Assembly (NCBI GenBank): GCA_030390025.1
Contig: CM059432.1
Span: 123,506,001-123,570,000 of the forward strand
DNA: 64,000 bases
Direction of reading: 5' to 3'
Source of the DNA: Squalus acanthias
Lineage: Eukaryota
In this document: piece by piece, positions 1 through 13,082 of the stretch
Numbering within the stretch: position 1 is the stretch's first letter
How the letters are laid out: each line of letters starts with the position of its first letter
Made by a program: the position numbers and the translations under genes
Notes under the pieces: model-generated
Told to the model about the DNA's origin: nothing
The model's input: only the letters and a program-made list of their open reading frames with translations
Databases searched by the model: none

Positions 1-361
1 CCCAAATTCGCGACCTCTTCCACCTAGAAGGACAAGGGCAGCAGGCGCACGGGAACACCATCACCTCCAAGTTCCCCTCCAAGTCACACACCATCTTGAC
101 TTAGAAATATATCACCGTTCCTCCATCGTCACTGGGTCAAAATCCTGGAACTTTCTCCCTAACAGCACTGTGGGAGTGCCTTCACCACACGGACTGCAGA
201 GGTTCAAGAAGGCAGCTCACCACCACCTTCGCAAGGGCAATTAGGGATGGGCAATAAATAGATTCATAGAATGGTTACAGCACAGAAGGAGGCCATTCAG
301 CCCGTCAAGCCTGCGCCAGTAGGCCTTGCCAGCGACGCCCACATCCCATGAACGAATAAAA
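1..361 (+). mobile_element. 3' end of CR1-group LINE (same family as 3628-5135), interrupted by a short minus-strand CR1 tail at ~259-320
   Basis: Near-identical to 4870-5135; ends gccttgccagcgacgcccacatcccatgaacgaataaaaaa. Confidence 0.85.
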
Positions 362-363
362 AA

Positions 364-546
364 AAGCATAGATGCATTTAAGGGGAAGCTAGATAAATAC
401 ATGAGGGAGAAAGGAATAGAAGGATATGCTGATAGGGTGAGATGAAGATGGGTGGGAGGAGGCTCATGTGGAACATAAACACTGGCATAAACCAGTTGGA
501 CCGAATGGCCTGTTTCTGTGCTGTACATGCTATGTAATTCTATGTA
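364..546 (+). mobile_element. CR1 LINE 3' fragment
   Basis: Encodes ..DAFKGKLDKYMREKGIEGY; 3' UTR gaatggcctgtttctgtgctgta with tatgtaattctatg tail. Confidence 0.8.
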
Positions 547-720
547 AGATATCTAACGGGCGGCTGAATCGATATCTCCTGTTTTTCACTATTGTCCAAA
601 GTCTTTACCCCCATTAAGTGAAGTGATTAGATCTGGCTGATAAAACATTCAAATATTCCAATGCTTAGGACCGCCACATGTCCATCTGATAATGTAAGGC
701 TAAAGGTTTTTAGTCTTGAA

Positions 721-998
721 TATCTCTTAATGTCTCTCAATGTCTCTTAATGTCTCCTGCTTTCTATCCTATCACTGACCTTCCCTTTTGTTCTTTCATC
801 CCCTCCCCCTTTTCCCAGCCCCTAAACTTGCTTTAAAATCTATTCCATTTCCTGCTTTTTTCCAGTTCTGACGAAAGGTCTTCGACCTGACACGTTAACT
901 CTGTTTCTCTCTCCACGGATGCTGCCTGGCCTGCTGAGTTTTTCCAGCGTTTTCTGTTGTTATTTCGGATTTCCAGCATCCGCAGTATTTTGCTATTG
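721..998 (+). mobile_element. Penelope-like element pLTR fragment
   Basis: Hammerhead motif followed by ctctctccacggatgctgcctggcctgctgagt; inverted sibling copy at 38090-38308. Confidence 0.75.
864..900 (+). ncRNA. Minimal type I hammerhead ribozyme with mutated core
   Basis: agtt-CTGACGA-a-aggtc(ttc)gacct-GAcAC-GTT-aact; conserved GAAA reads GACA (C at 891). Confidence 0.65.
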
Positions 999-1499
999 TA
1001 AAGGTTTTTAGTACTGGCAATATTCACCTGGTGGTCCCAAACTGTTGTTATGAGACTTCACTGCAAAGCTTCACGATCACGGCTAAAGAAGAAAAGCTAA
1101 TAATCATGACTTCTACCCGCACAAAATAATTACCTGTAATTTCTCAATATAATATAAAAGATTTGAACCAACAATAAAAACGACATACTTGAGCACAGCT
1201 TTATAGATGCTGGCGGCTTTCCAATACCTCACCCCAGATTGAACCACAGCAGTGTAAGCAAAGCCAATATTCAGCCCAATGTGTGAAACATCAATTAGGC
1301 ATAAATGGTTTATAGAATTTCAACTATAGCCCTGCATTCCCCTTTCTCAAAAAGCTTAGTAAAAAGAAAACCTATGGAAAGGATGAAAAAAGTCCCTCAG
1401 ATCAGTTAAACCTGCAAATTCAGGCAATGGTGAAACCTTATACGCCATTTACCCACCTACTAACCAGACTAAGAAACAGAGAAAAAAATCTGTCATCAA

Positions 1500-1830
1500 T
1501 TCAGTAAGAACTCTGTGAAATTCCTCTCTAACTCCCTCGCAAGCGAGGCTCCAAGCGACTGTGGTAGCCCACGACTCGTCGTAACCCCAGTTAACTAGCA
1601 ACCTACCATCTATAACTGGAAATGCCCTCTTCCCTCAGGGGCTTGTCAAGTCCCCCTGTGGCAGCTCCTTACCCTCCACATGGTTTCAGCAGTTTGTTTC
1701 AGAGGGCGGTGACTCTCTGCAAAAGGAAATACTTGCTCGTATCTAATCTAACTGTTTGGCTGCAGATTTTATCTGCATGCCCTCTGGTCCTACCATTCCT
1801 ACCCACCTCAAGTAGCCCGAGTCATTTCAT
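1500..1830 (-). mobile_element. Highly degenerate CR1-like 3' fragment
   Basis: Minus strand resembles CR1 ORF2 C-terminus (RTRGH...RKYFLLQRV...WN-like). Confidence 0.4.
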
Positions 1831-1877
1831 CAACCTCAACTGTACTGCCGCAAAGCCTATATTTCTCCAACGTAAGT

Positions 1878-2286
1878 GGACTACAATTGGTCTAGGTCCG
1901 TTTTTGGACCCGATGTAAGCGGTGCGCACCCAGCGTGACCCCGAAGCCGGAGGCCTCGGGCCTCAATTAGCCAACCTGCCGTCCAGAGGCAGCTTTCCCG
2001 TTTGACGAGAACAAATTTGTGCCGACTGCCTCACCAGCAGCAGTCGTCAGCTAGGTCGTGGGAGGTGGGGGAGAACTGGGGGAAGGGGGAGGAGATGGCA
2101 GCCCGATAGTGGCCCTCAGAAGTGCTGTGGAGCTGGGTGGAGCACTCTTGCTCCCCACAGCTGCACATAAAGGTAACTTAAAAAAAATTGGAAGTCAATG
2201 GAAAGGATAATGGGGCTCGGCGTATACTGGGCAACGGATCCACTACCGTCTGGTTTGCATGCCCGCCAGAGCTGAATTTCACCCCC
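1878..2286. mobile_element. GC-rich non-autonomous DNA element (Harbinger-like MITE)
   Basis: Right end gaatttcacccc resembles the TIRs of other Harbinger-like elements in the window; left TIR degenerate. Confidence 0.4.
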
Positions 2287-3627
2287 AAAGTCTTTTTGTC
2301 AAACAGCATCCTTCATATTTATAATTGATGGGTGTACTTGCATGTCCCAAGTCCAGATTCCAGAATTTCTATATGATTAATTTTTCCTATCATAGAGCTG
2401 CTGGTTGATCTGCAACTTTGCATGATGAGGAGCGCAACTGAAGTGTTAGTGGCACTGATTAACATCTTACATTAGAACAATAGCACAACTCGCCACGTAT
2501 AATCAACAAGTGTTATTGCTAAAATCCTGGAGGCCATTGCATTTAAGTCCTGGCATGTCCATAGTTCCACTTTTGCCAATATCATAAATTTGAAAATCGA
2601 GCCCAGATAATTGAGATAACAATTCCTTCTTTCTGGTGGTTAGAATGTTGCCCTAAATTAAATGATCTGGATAGTCTCAATATAGTTCCCAGGAGGACCG
2701 AAGACCACAGTACATAATCACTAATAATTCAGCACTAATTGGCACTAATTTGGCATCCTCACTCAGAGAGGCCATAAGGACGTATAAATCAAAACATGGT
2801 TCTGTGCCAATCATAATGTGCCATGAGCATGAATGTTTAAACTTCAGAGAGACTTCCTTGTACATACAAAGTGGCTCCCGTTTAGAACAACATTTGAGAC
2901 ACTGAAAAAGACAGGCTGTGTAGAATTAAAATTTCAGCACTCGTAGGCCTATTACATCTCCTCGTGTGGACAGTCCGAGGCCCAGGCTTTCCCTCCTGAC
3001 GGTAATCCCAGCAGAACCGTAACAGGATGGGCCTTTGCGCCTGTTCATGGGCCCCGATGCTGACCAAGGTGGGTTTTCCTGGGTCAGCTATTTGAAATAC
3101 AGTTGGGCAGGCTCCCAGGGGGGTTTCTGGCTGCACCCAGCAACCCATCTTAATGCGGGTGGGAGGTGCAGTTGGCGAAGGAGCATGGCTGCTGCCTCCG
3201 GGGGTGGCTGAAGAAGCCAGACAATTTATTTGAAAAAATTCCAGTGCTGGCTGAGTCCAATTGATTGCCCTATGATTAATTACACTTGGCTTGCGAGCCA
3301 TTTGCTATTTAAACCCCGCCCACCCCCTTATCGCATTAGCAATGCTGAACACTAGAACACAGCAGCATGCACAGCACCTAGCGGTGCTAAGGGATACACC
3401 TGTGAAGTGGCTCCCTGCTCGACTCTCCTCCTTTGCTTGCCCCAATACCACCCAAATGGGCAGTAAAGGGGAGGGTATTCTAGAAGAAATGTCCTTTTCA
3501 GTTGTTTTTACTTTCTGCTTTTCCCATATTTTCCCCAGCCCAAGAACCATGGCCAGCAGCAGCTAACCTGTTCCTAGCCCTGTGGCAATGCTGTTCCGAG
3601 GCTGCTGCTGGAAGGTGCACAAGAGAG

Positions 3628-5135
3628 GAGGATATCAAGGCACGGCTGAGCGCACTGGATACAGCAAAGGCTATGGGCCCCGAAAACAACCCGGCTGTTG
3701 TGCTGAAGACTTGTGCTCCCGAACTAGGCACACCTCTAGCTGAGCTGTTCCAGCACAGCGACAACACTGGCATCTATCCGACAATGTGGAAAACTGCCCA
3801 GGTATGTCCTGTCCACAAAAAGCAGGACAAATCCAATCCGGCCAATTAACGCCCCATCAGTCTATGCTCAATCATTAGCAAAGTGATGGAAGGTGTCGTT
3901 GACAGTTCTATCAAGCGACACGTACTCACCGATGCTCAGTTTGGGTTCCGCCAAGACCACTCGGCTCCAGGTCGCATTACAGCCTTGGTCCAAACATGGA
4001 CAAAGGAGCTGAATTCCAGAAGTGAGGTGAGAGTGACTGCGTTTGACATCAAGGTGGCATCAAGGAGCCCTAGTAAAACTGAAGTCAATGGGCATCGGGG
4101 GAAAACTCTTCACTGGCTAGCGTCATTCCTAGCCCAAAGGAAGATGGTTGTGGTTGTTGAAGGTCAATCATCTCAGCTCCAGGTGTTCCTCAGGGCAGTG
4201 TCCTAGGCCCAACCAGCTTCAGCTGCTTCATCAATGACCTTCCCTGATTCAGAAGGTCAGAAGTGAGGATGTTCGCTGATGATTGCACAGTGTTCACTTC
4301 CATTCGCAACTCCTCAGATAACGAAGCAGTCTGTGCCCACATGCAGCAAGACCTGGACGACATTTATGCTTGGACTGATAAGTGGCAAGTAATATTTGCG
4401 CTACGCAAGTGCCAGGCAATGACCATCTCCAACAAGAGAAAGTTTCACCATCTCCCCTTGACTCAATGGCATTTCCATCGCCGAATCCCCCACCATCAAC
4501 ATCCTGGGGGGTCACCATTGATCACAATCTTATCTGGACCAGTCATATAAATACTGTGACTACAAGAGCAGGTCAGAGGCTAGGTATTCTGTGGCGAGTG
4601 AATCACCTCCTGACTCCCCAAAGCTTTACCACCATCGATAAGGAACAAGTCAGGAGTGTGATGGAATACTCTCCACTTGCCTGGATGAGTGCAGCTCCAA
4701 TAACACTCAAGAAGCTCGACACCATCCAGGACAAAGCAGTCTGCTTGATTGGCACCCCATCCACCACATTAAACATTCACTCCCTCTACCAGCGGCACAC
4801 TGTGGCTGCAGTGTGTACCATCTACTAGATGCACTGCAGCAACTCGCCAAGGCTCCTTTGACAACACCTCCCAAACCTGCGACCTCTACCACCTAGAAGC
4901 ACAAGGACAGCAGGCGCATGGGAACACAACCACCTCCAAGTCACACACCATCCTGACTTGGAAATATGTTGCCGTTCCTTCATCATCGCTGGGTCAAAAT
5001 CCTGGAACTCCCTCCCTAACAGCACTGTGGGAGTACCTTCACCACAAGGCACCACCTTCTCAAGGGCAATTAGGGATGGGCAATAAATGCTGGCCTTGCC
5101 AGCGACGCCCACATCCCATGAATGAATAAAGAAAA
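3628..5135 (+). pseudogene. 5'-truncated CR1-group LINE, frameshifted reverse transcriptase
   Basis: ORFs 3502, 3883, 4263 and 4382 give KAMGPENNP..LKTCAPEL, QFGFR, MFADD, WQVIF...KCQ, QVRSVMEY; ends in A-rich tail. Confidence 0.9.
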
Positions 5136-5834
5136 ATCCTCCTGCCAACTTCCACTTAGTGTGAGAGATCCTGGCCTCTGCTTCATATTTCATCACGGTG
5201 GTGCACCCAAAATCAATAGCTCAGGGATGTGTGATATCACTGGCATGAAGCCACATTCACCCACTTTATGATGTCAAGTGTTACTGTTCAAGTGCACTCT
5301 CTTGTCATATCATAAATGTTTGCAGTAGGGAAAGGTGCTCTTAAAGGTGCCTAGCTCTGCCTGTAGTTAAAGTCGAAGGACATTGTTGGAGCAATATAGG
5401 GGTCCTCAAATACATCTAATCGTTCCCACACCTGATTTGGAATTGCTTTAGACTGGCACTGATGGAAACATTCTCTAATGATTGCAAGTGTGCAAAAAAC
5501 AGATTCCAGTTTGAAAAATGCTTTACATTTGTTAGGCCCCCTTAAGCCCTTAATTGCCTCTTTAGTTTGCTTCTCATTTTTCTCAAGTTCTCCAAAGCAG
5601 ATTTTTTTTTAACCAAAGTTCATTACTTTCCTGTGAAGTTATAAATCTTAAACAAATGCCAGGAAGTATCAGAAATTAAGAGAAAAAAAACAGAAATCTG
5701 GTGGAATGCGGTGATGCCAGTGTCAGAGATGGCAAAACCTACAATTTCACATTTTTAACATAACCACCATCTCACGCAACAGTTTGACTATTTCCTGTAA
5801 GCAGGACCTTGTCCTCCACGATCAGAAGCTGTAC

Positions 5835-6075
5835 GTAGAATTTACAGCACAGAAACAGGCCATTCGGCCCAACTGGTCTATGCCAGCGCTTATGCTCCAC
5901 ACGAGCCTCCTCCCACCTTACTTCATCTCACACTATCAACATATCCTTCTATTCCTTTCTCCCTCATGTGTTTATCTTGTTTCCCCTTAGATGTATCTAT
6001 GCTATTCGCCTCAACTACTCCCTGTGGTAGCGAGTTCCACATTCTAACCACTCTCTGGGTGAAGAAGTTTTCTAT
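5835..6075 (-). mobile_element. CR1 3' fragment
   Basis: Minus strand NFFTQRVVRMWNSLP plus CR1 3' UTR like 364-546. Confidence 0.8.
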
Positions 6076-6816
6076 AACTTGTCCTCGCAGTGGTGCATAT
6101 CTGAGGGATAAACAATTTACCTCACTTGCATTAATTTGGTCACTAAATTGAACGCAATCTTGCGCTAAGCTACCAAACTCTCTTCAAAAGGACAAACATT
6201 AGCCCACGCCCCAGAGATTTACAGAGCAAAGCCAGTTAAAATATTTATTGACAATTAAATAGCAATGTGAAGCACAAAATTCAGCAAAGTCATTTTATAT
6301 TTATAATTTAATAATACATTAAAAACGGTACATCTGCACACACAGACGTCACACTGCTCCCAGGAATGTTGGTGGACAGTGGGTGTATGGTCATTGAGTG
6401 AGAACAGGAACAAATTTGGCCGTATCACTCCTCTTCCAGATCGTACAGCCTACTGACATTCACTGTCTTTCTGCGTCCATGAAGCGTGGCCACTGGGCAA
6501 GGTGCTGGACAATAGCTGGTACCTGTGGAATCATAGCCCAGAACAGGTCCATCCCTTCAGGCCAGGAGGGGAGGTACATGGGAGGAGGGGTAGGGTAGCA
6601 TAGTGGTTATGTTACTGGACTAATAATCCAGAGGCCTGGACTAATAATCATGGACATAGGAGTTCAAATCCCACCACAGCAGCTGGGGAATTTAGAATCA
6701 TAGAATGGTTACAGCACAGAAGGAGGCCACTCGGCCCATCGAGCCTGTGCCAGCTCTCTGCAAGAACACCTCAGCTCTTTAAATAAATATGGAATTAAAA
6801 GTTATGGTGACCACAT

Positions 6817-7981
6817 GGGCCAGAAATTCGGCTCCTGTCGGGTGAGTATGCGCTGTGTACTCACCCGTAAGGCCACCTGAAGTGCCGGTTTCACGCATGC
6901 GTGGGAAATCGGAACTTCCGTTCCCCTGAAGGAAGGGGTTCAGAAGTCGAATGCGTGCGCGGGAGAGGCAGCGCGCACGCAGCGAACTTCATTTTTTTTT
7001 TCAGGTTTCTCCGTGAGGGTAAGTATGGAGAAGCTGCGCATTTAAAAAGGAGGCGCAAGGCCTGTTTTTAACAAGATAAGTGGTTAATTAATTACAATTT
7101 AAACATTTTTTCAACAGGTTTATTTTTTTACATACTTTAAAGAAAGGTAAGTTTATTTTTAGCACCGTTAAAAAGTGTAATTAATTTTTTCAAAAATTTA
7201 AATTTTTGTTTAAAGTAGTTAATTTAGGTAATTTATAGGGCCAAAAATTCATCCCGCTGCGCGAGAGTACGCACTGCGTACTCTCGCGTATTCTCTCTCC
7301 AATTGCCGGTTTTCTGCATGCCCTGCGCATGCGCTGAAAACCGGCACTTGGTCTTTTGAAAAGGGGGCGGTTCCTCGGTGCATCGCGTGCGCGCTACAGG
7401 CTGCGCGCACGCTGTGCACTTCGTGCTTTGGACGCGCAGGTAAGGACGGAAGATTTTAGAAATGGATAAAGGAGGAGTAAGACCCACTTTTAACAAGGTA
7501 AGTAGTGAATTAAGTATTTTTTTGAATTTTTTTTAACAGGTATATCTTTTTTAGAGACTTTAAAGACAGGTAAGTTTATTTTTATAACTTTTTAAAAGAT
7601 TTTAAATTTTTTCAAAAATTTAATTTTTTATTTAAAATGGTTAATTTATTTAACTATACTTATTTTATTAATGTGATGGTTTTTTTAAAAAATTTAATTG
7701 AGGTTTAGCTGTTATTTTGGGGGGGTGTAAGATTCATAGATTTCACAGCACGTATGTGAAACTTATGAATGGAAGATGGTGTGCTGCCATTGGCTCTAAC
7801 TGAGTCACGTGATCCCACAGCTCGCACGAATTCACTACGCCGGTGGGATACGCAAGCACTGCCCAGCTGATGTCTGGAACATCAAGTTCGTGCGAGCTGG
7901 ATCTGAAAAAGCCAACGCGGAGTGAGAGATCGCGGGGAAGCCTTACCCCCGCGGGAACAGAGCGAGATCAATTTCTGGGCC
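6817..7981. mobile_element. Tandem pair of related Harbinger-like MITEs
   Basis: TIRs gggccagaaatt / aatttctgggcc; second left end gggccaaaaattc at 7238; 7040-7230 is similar to 7450-7650. Confidence 0.65.
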
Positions 7982-8047
7982 TAACTACCGTGTCGTAAAA
8001 ACCCATCTGGTTCACTAATGTCCTTTAGGGAAAGAAATTTGCCGTCC

Positions 8048-8368
8048 TACATAAGAACATAAGAAATAGGAGCAGGAGTAGGCCAATTGGCCCCTCGAGC
8101 CTGCTCCGCCATTCAATAAGATCATGGCTGATCTGATCCTAACCGCCAATCTACTATCACAGAACCATCTCCTGAACCTAACAGAATTGGACACACGAAA
8201 TAGGAGCAGGATCAGGCTACACGGCCCCTGGGCCCGCTGCACTACCCACAGGGCCATGACCAATCCGAACCTAGACTCATGTCCAAATTCCTGCCCGCTC
8301 CCCGTAACCCTTAATTCCCTTTACTTCTAGGAAACTGTCTATTTCTGTTTTAAATTTATGTAATGAAT
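8048..8368 (-). mobile_element. Young CR1 3' end with long 3' UTR
   Basis: Reverse complement closely matches 51125-51446. Confidence 0.9.
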
Positions 8369-8977
8369 TACCCGGTCTGGCCTATATGTGACTCCAGACC
8401 CACAGCAATGTGGTTGACTCTTAACTGTCCTCTGAGATGGCCCAACAAGCCACTCAGTTGTATAGGCGGCTCACCACCACCTTCTCAAGGGCAATTATGG
8501 ATGGGCAATAAATGCTGACCTTGCTGGCAACGTGCACATCCCGTGAATAAATTTTAAAAGATGGTCTGCACCAGCTGATTAATATTTTGGCTCAAATAAT
8601 TATGTTCAAACAGATAAATTAGGGTAAATTTTACCTGCATATTAAAAATAAAAGTAAGAAAGGGACTTAAAAAAAATCCACATGTGCGTACAGAAAGTTT
8701 GTATTTAGTCTGTAAGTTAAGTGCAAGTATTAAACATTGCCACACTAACAATTGAAGCAATTATTAAGGAGCAAGATAGCCACAAAAAACTAATTGAACA
8801 CTAAGCAGGAGTGCATTTCACATATGCCAGGAAATCTTAAAAAATGACTGCTAGGAACAGGCACATCTTGCAACACAACCTTCCCAAGTTAGAATCATTT
8901 TGAGATCGTAATCAGCTCTCCAGTAATGAAGGAAAAGGACCTGAATGAAGCAGTGATTAAAAAACACTTTCTATTTA

Positions 8978-8978
<1 letters not shown>

Positions 8979-9010
<32 letters not shown>
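8979..9010. repeat. (TA)n(CA)n compound microsatellite
   Basis: atatatatatatatatacacacacacacaca. Confidence 0.95.
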
Positions 9011-9509
9011 TTAAACTTGCAAATATTACTCATATCATGTCGCAATTAAAATAGGCCAGTTGTTAAGTTCACTGCTATTTACCCTGTCGAAAAAAATCCA
9101 AGCTGTTTTCAATTTTGGAAAAGGCGTCATTACAAGGATCCTTCACGTGGTCAATCTTTGAGCAGTGCTCATCTGTCACAGTGGAACTTAACACTGCCCT
9201 TACAATCCTGTCAAATGAAGTCTAATTAGCATTAAACCTGAGCTGCATGGAGTAGGTTGTGTGGTTGTAAACTCTGTGATAGAGCTTGATTTGTATGTAG
9301 GCATTCATTTGTCCATTTGCACCCAAATATCTTTAATGATTCCTTACAGGATGGTTTTGCCCAGCAAACTTACAATGGAGTATTAGATGCAAATTTTATG
9401 TCTAGCTATATTTACAAGGGTACTAAATAGTTTATCAATTGGAGAGCCGATTACGATCTCAAATTCCTGATTACCTCTCCTTGCCCTTGACTATATAGCC
9501 TTGTTGTCA

Positions 9510-10166
9510 GGAGTAAATTTCCCCTAAAAGAGACACACCGGCCTAGAAACGGGCGTAAAACGGGCGGCTAAGGATCCAAAATGGCAGCCAGTGAGCAGCG
9601 TGCGCACTCTCATACCGTACCGTAAGAGCACTACCCATCATATTGGGAAAGGCTCCTGTATAGGCGTCTAAGGCCCGGTACCTGAAACAAGTGTAGGCCC
9701 TCTGCATATGCAAATAAAAGTCCCTTGCAAAATTTGTTTGCGACTGACCACGACAGTCAGTATTCTCAGGCGCTTGGCAGCCAAAGCAGCGGACTTTAAA
9801 ACCATCCCTCTGGAAACACACGTTTTAATTTTCTTAACTTACCTTATTGTGGAGCAGGGTGGTGCAGCAGTGCTCCTCCCGGCTCCACATTAAATTAGCG
9901 TGCCATTGTCGGCCACCGCTCACCCTGCTCCCGATTGCCTCCCCCGCCACCCCTCCTTCCTGGATTCTGGTTACAACCTCGGCTGATCTCAGTACCTCCC
10001 GGGACCGGTGAGCTGCCTGTGAAGCCACGAGCAACATCTGCAGCTCGCCAGTAATGAACAAAGGAGGCTGACTGAACCAAGTTCCTGTGGTCCTGTCACT
10101 GGCCTCATTAGGTGCGAGCAGTACCGGGATCGCGCCCTGATCTGGGCATGATCCAATTTCCAGGCC
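9510..10166. mobile_element. Harbinger-like MITE
   Basis: CpG-rich body; right end aatttccaggcc resembles the TIR at 42535-42545. Confidence 0.5.
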
Positions 10167-10183
10167 ACCAAATCTAAACCTTT

Positions 10184-10455
10184 CATAGAAACATAGAAAC
10201 ATAGAATCTAGGAGCAGGAGTAGGCCATTCGGCCCGTCGAGCCTGCTCCACCATTCAATACGATCATGGCTGATCATCCAAATCCAGTACCCTGTCCCTG
10301 CTTTAATGCCCACAGTACACATATCCCACCCTACCCCCGTAACCCCACGTATTTAATTCCCCCTAACATATCCCATCCTATCCCCATAACCCCACATATC
10401 CCCCTAACACTAAGGGTCAATTTATCATAGCCAAATCAACCTAACCCGCACATTT
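10184..10455 (-). mobile_element. HE1-like V-SINE, 5'-truncated, with CR1-derived tail
   Basis: Minus strand gtgcgggttaggttgatttggctatgataaattgacccttagtg (V-domain-like), followed by CR1 3' end with (TTTCTATG)n tail. Confidence 0.6.
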
Positions 10456-11578
10456 CATCTATTCCTAATGCTAGCATTTACACTTTACCCTTTCAACCTT
10501 TCAAATGTAACTTTTTCCTTTCACCCAGAATTTGGCAGCAAGAAAACCTTTTTTTTTAATCTTCAACACGTTCCTAGATATTTCTGCATTACAGTCATGG
10601 AGTAACCGGTATACATTTTGGCACTCAACAGTCTTATGGGACCACAGCCTTGCAGACATGTTAGTGATGCTGACTCTTGGGATTCAGTGTTATAAATGAA
10701 AACACAAATCTAACACACTCTTCAGCCTTCTAAATTAACAGTTGCTACCAGCACCTTCAGCAGTCATTTTGTTTATTAATTTGCTAGTTTAATGTTTGAT
10801 TAGCGGTTTTCCTCCCAGTAAAAATAGTTAAATATAAAAAGGGATCCTAATGAAATTAATTATGCAATGAAAGAAATGAAGGAGAATGAAAAATACATTT
10901 AATAATGAATTAATTGAGAATTTAATATCTGCCCTTTTTGCTGGTATGGGCGATAGTTCAAATTTAATTTGCCAAGGGAATATTGAATCACTAGCAAATA
11001 GTGCCAATGGGCAAAAACATTCATTTCAGACACTGGCACCAAATGGATTCTATTTTCTGATTCCCCTAAAGTCAAATACGCCATTCTCGTGAAGGCAACC
11101 AGCGGGTAATCTTATTAGCTGTGCAAGATAGTAAATCAAATGCCCCACTGATTTGAACATTTTGATTACTTCCCCTGCAGTACAGTTTGTTGTACAAGTC
11201 AGCTCTGCAGAACTTCCACTAAATTAGAGACTCCTCGTAGCACCAAACTTTCTCTTTCCAACAGAACGACAATAGATCTTTTCAGCTCTGATGCCTCTAC
11301 CATTTACAAATTGCGGCTGACAATCAGCTTGGCTGCTGCGAGGATGGGCACTGCAGTGCTTTACTTTTTCAGCCTGAGCTGTAATGTCAAGTTTACTGAT
11401 GTGCAACAGTTTAATAGGGCTATTAACAGTGTCAGCAAGTTTTATATCATTAAGATATTGGTCAAACATCTGCTTACATAAAACTGAATGTACGCTGGGG
11501 TTCAGAAAAGCTAATAACAGACAAGTAATGGTGTGCCGTAGTCACTCTGAGTCACCATGTAAACAAACACAACCGCAG

Positions 11579-12361
11579 TGTAAGATTTGGATCACAGGTC
11601 ACACACAGATTACCCAAAGGGTCTTAAGAGTTGTAAGGCTTTTTATTAAAGAGCTACAGTTTAAAGCATAATCAGATATTACTACACGCGATTGAAATAG
11701 ATACAGTAGACATCCAACCCGTGACAGATGAGGGCGATCTACGGTCCTGGAACGGAACGAAACAACTGGACGGACGGTGAGGCGGTAAGGTGGTCTCGGA
11801 TTGGGTGGATTCCTGCAGTCTGCTGCAGCGGTCACTTCCGTTGGGTCATCCCTCGAGCTGTTGGAGATGTTAGGCCGTCAGCCACCTCAGAGGCTAAACT
11901 TGACCAAGGTGTTAGGCTGTAGCCACCTCGGGGAAGCCTTCGCCCCTAACTGCCTGATTTCCTCTCTCGGTCGTCTGTTTTTATACCTTATTTCGATGGG
12001 CTGGTGGATACCAGGTGTCAATCATTTTTACCCATCCCATTGTCTAATTACAAGGAGAGGCTACCTATGACAGCCCCCTCCCAGCCTCATGAGGTCATTT
12101 TCCTCCTTATCTCTGTTCTAAAGGTCTTGTTGCCCTCTCGTAGACAGCTTGTTTATCCTAGAGCTCCTTGCTGCATCCCTTATCAGGCCTAGTTATGCCC
12201 ACTCGAAGGCCTGGTTTTGTGGGCTGACCTTGTAATTCAGCTCTCTGTACAGCTATTTTTCTGACATGACTGGAATCTTTCTGTGTCATCAACTTCGGCA
12301 AACTGCTGATCTAGGGAACCCGTAACAGACTATTATTTCTTTCAATCCATGATTTCTTACA
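11579..12361 (-). mobile_element. 3' LTR (783 bp) of an LTR retroelement or endogenous retrovirus
   Basis: Termini TGTAAGA...TCTTACA; minus-strand TATAAA (11980-11985) and AATAAA (11642-11647); polypurine tract aaggtggggaga immediately upstream (12362-12373). Confidence 0.85.
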
Positions 12362-13080
12362 TCTCCCCACCTTGAGAAGGAAATATCCTTGACTAATCTA
12401 GCTAGTTCTTATTGCTCTCAACTTGGGCGTTATTTAGTAGGGAGTCTCGAAAATGAAGATTTCCCCCTTCCTTACAGCAGAGTTTATCTGACTGTGCCAG
12501 CACTTAGCTACTTCAAGTTTTAGAGATAAACCTTTTCCAACATGCATCATAGAATCTTCCACCTCCATTAGATCTGAGCCAAAAACATTGCATCCTAATC
12601 CTTCTGTGATGGCCAGAGCACATTCATAGAAAACAATACCATTTAAATTTAGTAATATCACTTAGAAGCTCATTATATGTGCGCTAATAAATTGGTCCAG
12701 AGATACTTTCCGGAGTGTGCCAACTCACGCATATCTACAGCAGCTAAACCTGCATCTCTTCAGTCATATCTTACTTATGCAACAGGAAAGGCTCCAACAT
12801 AATGCACAAAGGCTTCTTACCTGCCGTTGGAAGTTCATAGGACCTATCAGACCTGGAAGCAGCAGCCATTTAAGCTTGCCTGAAAGGGAATAGTTTCCCA
12901 GACAGCCCTATGCTAGGTTGGCCATCCATAGGCAGACGAGAGGTGAGTTAAATGTGGGACAGGCAGTTGTTTTACACAGATCCCAAACAATGGCCCATTC
13001 TTTAGCAAGGTTTGGTCATTCAGGAAGCATATGCCACCTGTTTGTTGACCAATTTCTCTGATCCTTGTTGAGGCTTTTTA
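12362..13080 (-). mobile_element. Residual 3' internal region of the LTR element, bounded by a SINE/CR1 insertion
   Basis: Contiguous with the PPT; no second LTR copy found in the window; far boundary uncertain. Confidence 0.55.
12434..12661 (-). pseudogene. Putative accessory ORF remnant with PARG/macrodomain-like motif
   Basis: LAITEGLGCNVFGSDLMEV resembles the GCGxFGxD loop of PARG-type macrodomains; stop lies ~60 bp before the PPT; upstream frame broken. Confidence 0.3.
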
Positions 13081-13082
13081 AG

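Larger units (their letters stand above)
6592..8552 (+). mobile_element. tRNA-derived SINE interrupted by nested insertions (CR1 tail ~6693-6775, MITEs 6817-7981, CR1 8048-8368)
   Basis: A box ggtagcatagtgg and B box gagttcaaatccc; joined pieces match the uninterrupted copy at 52370-52797; 3' tail shared with LINE 3628-5135. Confidence 0.8.
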
